IMG/VR virus record: IMGVR_UViG_3300008448_000004
Span: 1 to 64,000 of that record
DNA length: 64,000 bases
Direction: 5' to 3' (one strand)
Source of the DNA: a virus
Shown: one piece after another, positions 45,865 to 53,921 of the stretch
Numbering within the stretch: position 1 is the stretch's first letter
Layout of the letters: the number at the start of each line of letters is the position of its first letter
Program-made: the position numbers and the translations under genes
The notes under the pieces: model-generated
Seen by the model: only the letters and a program-made list of their open reading frames with translations
What the model was told of the DNA's origin: nothing
Databases searched by the model: none

Positions 45865-46019
45865 GATATATTATTTTTATCTTCTTCATCTGAATCCCAG
45901 TTTAGGAAGTCCTCTCCTTTATAGTCGGGATGATTCTTATGCATATAGGCTATACCTCCGGCCCATAGCCATGCAATACTTAATACGATTGCTAACATAA
46001 ACAGTATAAATCCTATCAT
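45861..46019 (-). CDS. Small membrane protein (52 aa)
   Basis: Translated by hand: MIGFILFMLAIVLSIAWLWAGG...DKNNIS*; overlaps both neighbours by 4 nt. Confidence 0.6.
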   Translation of the reverse strand: MIGFILFMLAIVLSIAWLWAGGIAYMHKNHPDYKGEDFLNWDSDEEDKNNIS

Positions 46020-46282
46020 TGTTCTATTATTTTTAATCCGTAATTTAAGTTAATCATAGCCATCTCAACTTGAGCTTGTTTCTTAGTTGTTCTCAAATAA
46101 TGCTTAATAAACCCCTCACCCCAATCCCGCCACTGCTTATTCTGTTCTGGAGTCATGGTATACTGCAAATACCATTCATCTGTTCGATTGAGTAGGTCTT
46201 CGTACACTACACTATGCCCTGCTATCTTAAACATCTCGTTTATTAAGGCTCTTATTACTTGAGTTCTATCTAATCGTCCCAT
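46016..46282 (-). CDS. Hypothetical protein
   Basis: 88 aa ORF. Confidence 0.7.
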   Translation of the reverse strand: MGRLDRTQVIRALINEMFKIAGHSVVYEDLLNRTDEWYLQYTMTPEQNKQWRDWGEGFIKHYLRTTKKQAQVEMAMINLNYGLKIIEQ

Positions 46283-46291
46283 AGTGTTAAG

Positions 46292-47416
46292 TTATGAATT
46301 TTCTTCTTTATTCCAAAATGGTTTCTGGTACTTAGGTTTAAGAAGTTTCCAAATAAGCTCAGTCTGCTTTACTCTATTACCGCTCCACATAGCATACATT
46401 ACCGGATGCAGTTCAGGAGGCATATTATTTTGAACGTATAAAGCATAATCTTTCTTAGAAGGTTCTGGATCTTTATCTCCATACTTGCCGTACTTAAACG
46501 AGTCGTGAGCTTTTCCACATCTTTCATATATGCTATAGAATGCATATTTAAACTCTCCTATCTTATACCTAACCCATTTGTCAAACTCATCCGGTACTTG
46601 TTGAAGAAGTTTAATAATGTCTTCCGATCTTCCTTCTTTTAACGCTTCCCAGATATCAGTTGTAGCAAAGTTAGTTAGTAGACTATGAAGTCTAACATAC
46701 TCTTCGAACTTAATCTTCATTCTAAAATTACCTGGCTGAAATCTTAAGATAAATCCTTCTTTATTTGCTTCGTTTTTAGCTTTTAAACTTCTATATAAAT
46801 CAGGGCCAAAAGCAAAGTGTTGTTCAGTCTTGACTAAATCTTCTTCCGGTATTCCGGACATATTAAAGATTGCTTTAGCAGTAGTCCAATGTACCTCTTC
46901 TCCGTTGATTGTTGCACTTAAAAAGACTACCTTTTCTTCTCCATTATAATCTACTACGATTCTATTTTCAGGGTATATTATCTCGCAGATATACGCTGTA
47001 TTAGTTTCAAAAGCTCTTAAGTTGTACTTAGATTTAATAATCTCCATACCTTTAATAGCTTGCTCTGATATAAATGATCCTTTAGTAGCTAAATGCCATT
47101 CGTTATTATAGTAGAATAAAGTACCTAAAGAGCCGTCTACTTTCTCTTGAACATAAACGTAATCTCCTTTTTCCGGTATTTGATTAGGCCGTAATAACTC
47201 TTCGTAGTTAAAAAACTTAGCAAAAGAACTAGCTATAACATTTCCTTCTTTATCTAGAATTAAACCTCTACAGTTTAAAGTTATATCATCCCACTTCTTC
47301 TCATACTGGCATGTCCTTGAGTAGTTGTAGATAGAAAGAGGAAGGGTTGGATGATCTTGTTTGACTATCCACCCTTCATCAATATAACTGTTTAGTATGC
47401 TTAGATCGTATCTCAT
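46292..47416 (-). CDS. RNA ligase (T4 Rnl1-like)
   Basis: LSIYNYS, CRGLILD, FAKFFNY, QEKVDGSLG (KxDG motif I), TKGSF, CEIIYPENRIVVDY, EGFIL, MKIKFEEYVRLH. Confidence 0.92.
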   Translation of the reverse strand: MRYDLSILNSYIDEGWIVKQDHPTLPLSIYNYSRTCQYEKKWDDITLNCRGLILDKEGNVIASSFAKFFNYEELLRPNQIPEKGDYVYVQEKVDGSLGTLFYYNNEWHLATKGSFISEQAIKGMEIIKSKYNLRAFETNTAYICEIIYPENRIVVDYNGEEKVVFLSATINGEEVHWTTAKAIFNMSGIPEEDLVKTEQHFAFGPDLYRSLKAKNEANKEGFILRFQPGNFRMKIKFEEYVRLHSLLTNFATTDIWEALKEGRSEDIIKLLQQVPDEFDKWVRYKIGEFKYAFYSIYERCGKAHDSFKYGKYGDKDPEPSKKDYALYVQNNMPPELHPVMYAMWSGNRVKQTELIWKLLKPKYQKPFWNKEENS

Positions 47417-47826
47417 AATTTGATCTCAAATCTATTTTTCATTTGCTCTAACTTCTCAGCAGGTACTCCATGCTCGTTAACTCCTCCATGCCTGTTCTCA
47501 ACTATTATACTAAAGACATGGTACCCGTACTCTTCTGCTAGCTTATAATACTCCTCCATTTCCCATTCCTGGGTAAAAGTATTCGATACTACAATCTCAG
47601 GATAGTACTGAGAGTTTAATTGATTATCTTTCATTCTCGTCTCTACTTCTCTCCTACACCAAGCATGAGCGTCTTTTATCTTAGATGGGTCAAAGTTATA
47701 GACTCCATCTGCTCCTATAAAATACTTATCTGCTTCACATACAGCATATTCATTCCAGATTAAATTAGCAAAAGTACTCTTACCTGCTCCTGGACAGCCT
47801 CTAACTAAAAATAGTGCTTTTATCAT
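47413..47826 (-). CDS. Polynucleotide kinase-like P-loop protein (Pnk kinase module / AAA_33)
   Basis: RGCPGAGKST Walker A; VCEADKYF, IVVSNTFTQEWE, HGVPAEKLEQM. Confidence 0.85.
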   Translation of the reverse strand: MIKALFLVRGCPGAGKSTFANLIWNEYAVCEADKYFIGADGVYNFDPSKIKDAHAWCRREVETRMKDNQLNSQYYPEIVVSNTFTQEWEMEEYYKLAEEYGYHVFSIIVENRHGGVNEHGVPAEKLEQMKNRFEIKL

Positions 47827-47832
47827 ACAGTC

Positions 47833-48495
47833 TTATTTTTCTCCTACTAAACGTTCTTCGTGGTGATCTTGAGGCAGTCTATTAGCTTGGACTGGACGGC
47901 CGGATAACATTCTAACAACATCTTCCATATCGTAAGGAGTTAGATCGTTTCCATCCATGCCTACGTCCATACTTCTACCTCCCATTTTCTTTTTAGATGA
48001 AGGCAGGTGTACGTGTCCAAATAGGTGAAACCTTCCCTTATTCATATTATGCCAACTACATAAAGGATAATGCATGAGCACAAACTCATAATTACCTTTC
48101 GGTGAGTAAACATTTAACACCAGGTATTCAAAAGTCTTTCTAAAGATACCTTGAATACCTTCGCGGTTATTCTCGATATGATGATCGTGATTCCCGTATA
48201 GAAGGAATATGTTCTGACATACAATTCGATCTCTAAATTCTTTGATTGATTCAAATCCTCCGAAAGACCAGTCCCCTAAGTGAAATAGTATATCATCCTG
48301 CCCCACTGTGTTATTGATACCGGCTACAATAGCGGCGTTCATCTTTTCGAGGTTAGCAAAGTCTCTAGTCTGAGAGATAGGAATATCTCCAGTTTGAGTT
48401 CTCCAGTCAGTTACTCCTCTACATATGTTTCTATGATTATAGTGCGTATCGGAAGTAAAGAACAGACGTTGTCCTTCTCTTAAAACCAGCTTCAT
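47833..48495 (-). CDS. Metallophosphoesterase, probable RNA end-healing module
   Basis: FTSDTHYNH, FHLGDWSFG, GNHDHH, LMHYPL, HLFGHVH, DVGMD. Confidence 0.9.
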   Translation of the reverse strand: MKLVLREGQRLFFTSDTHYNHRNICRGVTDWRTQTGDIPISQTRDFANLEKMNAAIVAGINNTVGQDDILFHLGDWSFGGFESIKEFRDRIVCQNIFLLYGNHDHHIENNREGIQGIFRKTFEYLVLNVYSPKGNYEFVLMHYPLCSWHNMNKGRFHLFGHVHLPSSKKKMGGRSMDVGMDGNDLTPYDMEDVVRMLSGRPVQANRLPQDHHEERLVGEK

Positions 48496-48498
48496 ATT

Positions 48499-48708
48499 TT
48501 ATTCTTTTGAGGTACTATTAGATCTTGTAAACAGGACTTGGAATAATGCAATTAACCCCAAAGCTTTCCAGAAAGTAATCTCATGTATACCTTCTACAGT
48601 ACCTACCAGGCAACTGTTCCAAAGCCACATAACCGGGTAGGCTAAAAGTATTGCTATTACTGCTATAAATACTATAGCTGTTACTACTACAACTAAAGTC
48701 TGTTTCAT
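48499..48708 (-). CDS. Small membrane protein
   Basis: 69 aa (PVMWLWN...EITFWKALGL). Confidence 0.7.
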   Translation of the reverse strand: MKQTLVVVVTAIVFIAVIAILLAYPVMWLWNSCLVGTVEGIHEITFWKALGLIALFQVLFTRSNSTSKE

Positions 48709-48728
48709 GTTTGTTTGATTGAGTATGT

Positions 48729-48965
48729 TTAGAATTCGCCTTTCATTTTTATTTTTGTCTTGCGAGAAAGATCTCTTCGCAGTTGATCCGATTCAAGTGT
48801 TTTCTCTAACTCTTCTTGATTTACTATATCAAGGATTTGTCGAGCGGCTTCTGCATCTACCCAAGGATTGCCATCAACGTCGTAGATGTCTCCTATGTAG
48901 TAGAGGTCGTCTACCATTTTAAGATCGGATAATTTTCTTTTGTAATAACCATAACTGAAGCTCAT
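48729..48965 (-). CDS. Hypothetical protein
   Basis: 78 aa after the promoter at 48996. Confidence 0.65.
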   Translation of the reverse strand: MSFSYGYYKRKLSDLKMVDDLYYIGDIYDVDGNPWVDAEAARQILDIVNQEELEKTLESDQLRRDLSRKTKIKMKGEF

Positions 48966-48995
48966 ACATCACATTTTACTTTTTAACGATATACC

Positions 48996-49026
48996 TTAAG
49001 ATAGGTAATTTGACTCAATTTACCAA
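48996..49026 (-). promoter_or_regulatory. Early promoter variant
   Basis: AAGTTG-N20-TATCTTAAGGTATATC. Confidence 0.7.
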
Positions 49027-49305
49027 CTTTACTTCTTTGATAAGGTTGGTATAAGTCTTCCCACAAATAGCAGGGTTAGAAGCTATTTCGCTAGCTATAG
49101 AATTTTTCTGGATCTTTTTAGTCCAGATTTGATTCTTGTAGTTAGCAACAGTACACTCGGTACCGTTATCTTCTAAAACAATCCACATCTCAGGATCATA
49201 ACTATGCCTACTTGTCATAGACATTCCCCAGGCAGATACAAAGTAGCAATATCCTACAAGGTTAATTTCTTTCAATTGATCGTAACTCTTCAATTTCATA
49301 TACAC
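49015..49305 (-). CDS. Hypothetical protein
   Basis: 96 aa ORF. Confidence 0.65.
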   Translation of the reverse strand: MYMKLKSYDQLKEINLVGYCYFVSAWGMSMTSRHSYDPEMWIVLEDNGTECTVANYKNQIWTKKIQKNSIASEIASNPAICGKTYTNLIKEVKLVN

Positions 49306-49322
49306 ATTTTTTGATTACTAAA

Positions 49323-49760
49323 TTAAGCGGCATTCTGTACGAATGCCATTGATGCCCAAGTCTTGGTATTTAAGCTCTTCCACATATTCCAGTCGACCAT
49401 TTTACTGAAAGCGCGGTGCATATCACCTACGGTTAAAGCTTCTAAGATACCTTTGTCAATACTAACCCATTTACCACCTTTAACACACAGTACGTGAAAC
49501 CAGTGGCCACCTATCTTTACTTCAACACCTCCGCAGTGCTTGGATAAGTTATGTACTAAGCTTCCAACTGTACCTTTCGCATCAGCAATAATTTGGAAAC
49601 CAGCTCTACATTTCGTAATCCAACGAAACTCATACTCGTCTGTTGCAGATTTTAAGTGGTTACTAACGCTTACATCTTTACCGTTGATTCTGATGTTACC
49701 GTAGAACACATCACCGCCACAAATACTTTTCTTGTCATTTACTGTGATCATACTTTTCAT
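49323..49760 (-). CDS. Hypothetical early protein
   Basis: Start moved to MKSMITV (49760); the longer ORF-track start would read through the promoter at 49791. Confidence 0.7.
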   Translation of the reverse strand: MKSMITVNDKKSICGGDVFYGNIRINGKDVSVSNHLKSATDEYEFRWITKCRAGFQIIADAKGTVGSLVHNLSKHCGGVEVKIGGHWFHVLCVKGGKWVSIDKGILEALTVGDMHRAFSKMVDWNMWKSLNTKTWASMAFVQNAA

Positions 49761-49790
49761 AACTCTTATTTTTGATTTGATTGATATAAC

Positions 49791-49821
49791 TAAAGATAGG
49801 AAACTTTTTTCAGACGAGCAA
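49791..49821 (-). promoter_or_regulatory. Early promoter, consensus copy
   Basis: TAGTTGCTCGTCTGAA...TATCTTTAGTTATATCAATC; 20-nt spacer. Confidence 0.85.
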
Positions 49822-49956
49822 CTATTTTTCTTGCTCTTCTTGAATTTTTTCCATAAACACCTCATACAGCTCTTCGAAGGTGAGGTCAGTCTGCCACATT
49901 CTGGTAATGATTAACCACTTGCTAAATTCGATTGCTCTTTCTTTTACGTAATCCAT
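49822..49956 (-). CDS. Small hypothetical protein (44 aa)
   Basis: Translated by hand: MDYVKERAIEFSKWLIITRMWQTDLTFEELYEVFMEKIQEEQEK*; lies between two early promoters. Confidence 0.55.
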   Translation of the reverse strand: MDYVKERAIEFSKWLIITRMWQTDLTFEELYEVFMEKIQEEQEK

Positions 49957-49978
49957 ATCCTTGATTGATTAATATACC

Positions 49979-50009
49979 TTAAGATAGGAATCTTTTTTCA
50001 GACGAGCAA
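49979..50009 (-). promoter_or_regulatory. Early promoter
   Basis: AAGTTGCTCGTCTGAA...TATCTTAAGGTATAT; 20-nt spacer. Confidence 0.85.
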
Positions 50010-50033
50010 CTTTTTCTTGAAAAATACAGAAAA

Positions 50034-50083
50034 AAGTTTATTGAGAATCAATGAGTTATAACCTATTGAGAATCAATGAGTTA
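50034..50083. repeat. Tandem 25-bp palindrome pair (locus E)
   Basis: AAGTTTATTGAGAATCAATGAGTTA directly followed by TAACCTATTGAGAATCAATGAGTTA. Confidence 0.92.
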
Positions 50084-50329
50084 TAGCTCTTCTAGTATAC
50101 TTAATACTTTTCTCCAATATGACTGGTAGTGCGGTTCTAAAGAAGCGTATGAGTTGAATTGTTGCCATTGAGCATCATCTTTCAGTAGAGGTATTATTTC
50201 CTCAACGCAGGCTTTAGCTGCTATCTTAGCATGATACTTTTCCTCTGAGGTGCCTGATTGTCCGTAGCAGTTATTTCTAAACTTATGTATAAGCTCTGCT
50301 GCTTTAGTTGTAGGTGTTGGGTATATCAT
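50081..50329 (-). CDS. Hypothetical protein
   Basis: 82 aa (KAAELIHKF...AKIAAKACVEEII); its TAA stop is supplied by the palindrome end. Confidence 0.7.
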   Translation of the reverse strand: MIYPTPTTKAAELIHKFRNNCYGQSGTSEEKYHAKIAAKACVEEIIPLLKDDAQWQQFNSYASLEPHYQSYWRKVLSILEEL

Positions 50330-50517
50330 TGTGCTCCTATTTCAGTTGTGCCTTTATGTCCATTTGTTCCTTCCCATTCAACAATTGCTTTAACATACTG
50401 CTGTCTAAGTCTCATGACCATAAAGGGGAGGGTTTGTTCTTCTAGAGAGATCTTCTTTACTTTTTCAATTCCGTGCGGGAACTTAATCTTGAAAGTGTAC
50501 AGTACTTCTTTTTTCAT
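50326..50517 (-). CDS. Hypothetical protein
   Basis: 63 aa ORF. Confidence 0.6.
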   Translation of the reverse strand: MKKEVLYTFKIKFPHGIEKVKKISLEEQTLPFMVMRLRQQYVKAIVEWEGTNGHKGTTEIGAQ

Positions 50518-50543
50518 AATCTTGATTTAAGGTATTTTAATTT

Positions 50544-51140
50544 TTAATCCCACCACCTCTCACTTCTCTCTTCCATGATCTTCCAGAGTAGCTTATTACT
50601 TCTCTGCTGGTTGAAACTAGCTACATAGTAAGATAAGGTTTGTTTTCCTTGCAAGCCACTAAAATCTTTTCCTGAGTATTTCTTCTTTACTCTTTTAACC
50701 GATCCTGGATACTTTGCTAAGTAGGCATCTAAGTTTTCTGATTTAGTTTCAAACGCTAGCTCAGTTACTTCCGGATTACCTTCGGCAGGTATAAATTTCA
50801 TATCTATATCCTGATAATCATGATGTTCTGTGCCGTAATATTCTTCGTGCTTACGTTCAATTAAATTTAGTACCCATGTCATATCTCTATTATCTCGTTC
50901 TATATCCATATGACGGTTATGGTGTACGAGATATGCTCTCTGATACTCTATCTTCTTTTGGAGTAGTTTTGTTATAAAGTAATCATCCCAGTCTTTATCC
51001 TTGTAGATGGTTGGGATCCACCTAATGATATTTTTTACACCATCCCAGAAGTTATTGAACCAGTAAGGAGTGTACCTTCTCCAAGTTCTTCTACCCCATG
51101 CTGAATCTTGCGGAAGTATCAGCTTTTTGTATTGTGTCAT
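50544..51140 (-). CDS. Hypothetical protein
   Basis: 198 aa (GVKNIIRWIPTIYKDKDWDDYF...ERWWD). Confidence 0.75.
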   Translation of the reverse strand: MTQYKKLILPQDSAWGRRTWRRYTPYWFNNFWDGVKNIIRWIPTIYKDKDWDDYFITKLLQKKIEYQRAYLVHHNRHMDIERDNRDMTWVLNLIERKHEEYYGTEHHDYQDIDMKFIPAEGNPEVTELAFETKSENLDAYLAKYPGSVKRVKKKYSGKDFSGLQGKQTLSYYVASFNQQRSNKLLWKIMEERSERWWD

Positions 51141-51597
51141 TTGTAACTGGTTTTAATATAATGTACTTATGTTTCTTGATAATGCTTTTAAGCTTTACAG
51201 TATAGTTTTTACCTTCAGAGTATGTTCTGTCTAACATTGACATATACTGTGTTCTTGTATACTCTTTTTTAGAGAACATATAATCTTGATAGAGCTTATA
51301 ATCATACACCGATTGAACCCAGTCTGTGTATTTGGCATACCCTTTACTTCCTTTCGTAGCTACAGTTTCTCGAAGCCTGGGTAGCTTCATACCGAATAGG
51401 TTATTGTTGTTTATGCAATTAGCGCTTTTAAAATGTCCTGTCTCTAGAACAGCTTGTGCAAATACTAAATCAGGATACTTTATATCCATCTGATTAATTA
51501 CTCGCCATAGGTTCTCTTTGGTTAGGAGCTTTCCTTCTCCGGGAAGGGCAAAGCTGAAGAATAGGACTCCAGCAAGTACCAGTAGTACTTTTTTCAT
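51091..51597 (-). CDS. Glucosaminidase (GH73-like) peptidoglycan hydrolase with N-terminal signal/anchor
   Basis: LVFAQAVLETGHFKS...NNNLFGMK...YAKYTDWVQSVYDY...YSE...YTVKL. Confidence 0.85.
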   Translation of the reverse strand: MKKVLLVLAGVLFFSFALPGEGKLLTKENLWRVINQMDIKYPDLVFAQAVLETGHFKSANCINNNNLFGMKLPRLRETVATKGSKGYAKYTDWVQSVYDYKLYQDYMFSKKEYTRTQYMSMLDRTYSEGKNYTVKLKSIIKKHKYIILKPVTNDTIQKADTSARFSMG

Positions 51598-51627
51598 TTT
51601 AAATAAGTTAAGTTAAGAAATAAGCTC

Positions 51628-51879
51628 TTACTTATAAGTCTGAGCTAGGTTTTGAAAGTCTGCAATTCTCATTGCTCCGTTTCTCCTACCTACTTCTTGT
51701 CCGTCTTTTATATAGATGAAAGTAGGGACACTTCTCACTCCGTATTGTCTAGTAAGATCCGGACTCATCTCAGCATCTACTTTCTCGATCGATAAAAACT
51801 GCTGAGCTTCTGCTACTACAGGTGCCATTGCTTTGCAAGGACCGCACCATGATGCTGTAAAATATAATACTTTAAACAT
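51628..51879 (-). CDS. Thioredoxin
   Basis: YFTASWCGPCK...YGVRSVPTF. Confidence 0.92.
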   Translation of the reverse strand: MFKVLYFTASWCGPCKAMAPVVAEAQQFLSIEKVDAEMSPDLTRQYGVRSVPTFIYIKDGQEVGRRNGAMRIADFQNLAQTYK

Positions 51880-51893
51880 AGATTGATTTTAAA

Positions 51894-51924
51894 TAAAGAT
51901 ACGGAGTTGCCTCCGTACCTCCAA
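51894..51924 (-). promoter_or_regulatory. Early-type promoter overlapping the endolysin terminator hairpin
   Basis: AAGTTG-N20-TATCTTTA; the spacer contains the hairpin TACGGAG-GCAA-CTCCGTA. Confidence 0.65.
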
Positions 51925-51945
51925 CTTGTTATGGTTCGTCTATAA

Positions 51946-52545
51946 TTACGCTAAGTAAGAATAGTACTCTTTAAAATGCTTAATTCGATCCGGAAGGCCG
52001 ATTGTACCTCCGTTTACTTTTTTGGTAACTGCTGTTACGACTGCATCGGTAGCTCCTTTATCTGCATCTAGATTTATCTTTCTACTATTCCAATACCATG
52101 CTGCAGAAAGGAGAGGGTACTTTGTTGATACTAAGTCCGGATTCTCGAGGATATTTTCTGTAACAATAACGTCAAAGGCTTTATAGTTATCTTTACCAGT
52201 AAGCTGAATATAACCACGACCACGATACTTCCAACCTTCACCAGATGCTTTATCACCATTTCCCATGCGAGACGCATAAACAATGTTAGCAATCTTCTCA
52301 GGCTTACGCTCATATAATTTAGCAGTTGCTTCATCGGGGAAGTATTTTTTGAAGGTAGTCAATAATCCTTTTGCTCCGTAGTTTAAATTTTCGTTAACTA
52401 CTTTGAAGCCTCCTGATTCATGTCCACATTGAGCTAGGAAATGGGCTAAACGTAGCGGGGTATTGATCTGAAACTTCGATATTGTGTCTGGTATTTGAGC
52501 TAAAACAGCTTCAGGTACGTGACCTTTTAGTTTATCTAAATTCAT
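51946..52545 (-). CDS. GH19 (chitinase-like) endolysin
   Basis: LAHFLAQCGHESGGF...ENLNY...YASRMGNGD...YRGRGYIQLTGKDNY...SAAWYW...VNGGTIGLPDR. Confidence 0.93.
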   Translation of the reverse strand: MNLDKLKGHVPEAVLAQIPDTISKFQINTPLRLAHFLAQCGHESGGFKVVNENLNYGAKGLLTTFKKYFPDEATAKLYERKPEKIANIVYASRMGNGDKASGEGWKYRGRGYIQLTGKDNYKAFDVIVTENILENPDLVSTKYPLLSAAWYWNSRKINLDADKGATDAVVTAVTKKVNGGTIGLPDRIKHFKEYYSYLA

Positions 52546-52940
52546 AGTCTAAATTGATTTTGATTATTTAATGTATCGATTACTTCTTCTACTGTACTAT
52601 CGGACTTAACTGAGGTAGTTGTTTTTGCTTTACCCCAGAAGTTCTTTTTAGTCTCTATATAAATAGTATCAGTCTTAGTGATAACTTTATTAGCTGTTAA
52701 TCTAGCTTCTGCTACCTCTTCTTTTAAAGTTTCGATCTTCTCAACTGTCTGTTCAATTTTCTGTGTAATTATTTTCTCGCTTACTTTATTGATACTATCA
52801 TTTACCAGTACGTGTTCTTGGCTGATCTGTATGATAGAATCTATTTCTGCATACTCTTGTTTAACTGCATCCTGTATTGAAGGTTCGTTTGTAGAGCATC
52901 CAGCTAAGAGCATTAATCCGACTAAGTGTACAACTTTCAT
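52542..52940 (-). CDS. Lipoprotein, o-spanin candidate
   Basis: Lipobox LAGC at residue 15; adjacent to the endolysin. Confidence 0.65.
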   Translation of the reverse strand: MKVVHLVGLMLLAGCSTNEPSIQDAVKQEYAEIDSIIQISQEHVLVNDSINKVSEKIITQKIEQTVEKIETLKEEVAEARLTANKVITKTDTIYIETKKNFWGKAKTTTSVKSDSTVEEVIDTLNNQNQFRL

Positions 52941-52941
52941 A

Positions 52942-53208
52942 TTATTTTATTTTACCGAGTTCTTGCAATACAGTTATCTTAGAAGCTAAAGCAGAAGCTG
53001 CACTATCTGATTTGCGAAGCTGTTCTGTAAGTTGAGATACTTTTGCTTCAAGTACTTCTATCTTAGCATCTTGCTTAGACTGTATATTACTGTTGGACAT
53101 TTTAATATCAACATAGAGGTATCCAACAGCAACTATGCAAATAAACATTAGACCCTTTACTGGGTCTTTTGAAAATTCTTTAAATGTTATAGGAGTTTTT
53201 ACTGGCAT
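52942..53208 (-). CDS. Single-TM coiled-coil protein, i-spanin or holin candidate
   Basis: One N-terminal TM helix, then a periplasmic coiled coil; directly upstream of the lipoprotein. Confidence 0.55.
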   Translation of the reverse strand: MPVKTPITFKEFSKDPVKGLMFICIVAVGYLYVDIKMSNSNIQSKQDAKIEVLEAKVSQLTEQLRKSDSAASALASKITVLQELGKIK

Positions 53209-53238
53209 TTTGTTTTAGATTTCGAGAGGTTGCTAATA

Positions 53239-53520
53239 TCACAACGCTGTCGTATCTACACTAGTATTAACTAGAGTATCAACAACTTGGTTTGCACTAT
53301 CTACAACAACAGGTTGTTCGAAAACTCCAGATACGTATTTAACTATTAGGTCTGGATTGAGAAACTCTTCGGGTATGTATCCGTAATGTACTCCTATTGC
53401 GGCTAGGATAAATACTCCGGTACATACTCCGACGATAGATAACTTCTTTCCTTTAAGCTTTTCAAGTAACGATACTGCTTTTTCAGTAAGGATAGCAGAG
53501 AGGGTCTTCTTTGTACTCAT
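53239..53520 (-). CDS. Membrane protein in the lysis cassette
   Basis: Start moved to MSTKKTL (53520); TM helix; C-terminal VDTLVNTSVDTTAL. Confidence 0.6.
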   Translation of the reverse strand: MSTKKTLSAILTEKAVSLLEKLKGKKLSIVGVCTGVFILAAIGVHYGYIPEEFLNPDLIVKYVSGVFEQPVVVDSANQVVDTLVNTSVDTTAL

Positions 53521-53545
53521 TCTATCTATTTTAATTATTAAGGGA

Positions 53546-53821
53546 TTATAGCTCTTCTTCGCCTTCTGCTTTTTCTTCCTGTGCAGCTTTCTTATTGATA
53601 AACTTATCAACAGAAGCAATACCGAAAGATCCTAGAGTTAACCAAAGGAACGCATTAAAGATAAAGTCGTTAATTACTAGATCTTTACCTAAGTACCCGG
53701 TTATAATATCAGCAATGGCGAAAATAACCATCATAAAAAAAGCTAAAAAGCCTATGACTGCTTTCTCGTTTATGTCATTGCTGTCTCTAAATAAAGCCCC
53801 TACCCACTCTTTGAATTTCAT
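53546..53821 (-). CDS. Two-TM membrane protein, holin candidate
   Basis: 91 aa with two hydrophobic helices and a charged C-terminus; first gene of the lysis cassette. Confidence 0.55.
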   Translation of the reverse strand: MKFKEWVGALFRDSNDINEKAVIGFLAFFMMVIFAIADIITGYLGKDLVINDFIFNAFLWLTLGSFGIASVDKFINKKAAQEEKAEGEEEL

Positions 53822-53843
53822 AAGGTTAAGTTAATTAGTACAT

Positions 53844-53877
53844 AAAAAAAGGCTACATATATTCCTATATGTAACCT
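53844..53877 (-). terminator. Rho-independent terminator after the TonB receptor/lipoprotein operon
   Basis: AGGTTACATATA-GGAA-TATATGTAGCCT followed by a T run. Confidence 0.8.
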
Positions 53878-53889
53878 ACCTTTTACATT

Positions 53890-53897
53890 TATAAATA
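53890..53897 (-). promoter_or_regulatory. Putative late promoter CTATTTATA (lysis cassette)
   Basis: Upstream of 53821 and also upstream of a terminator-like hairpin. Confidence 0.6.
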
Positions 53898-53921
53898 GTA
53901 AGGTACTGTTAAAAATAAAGC

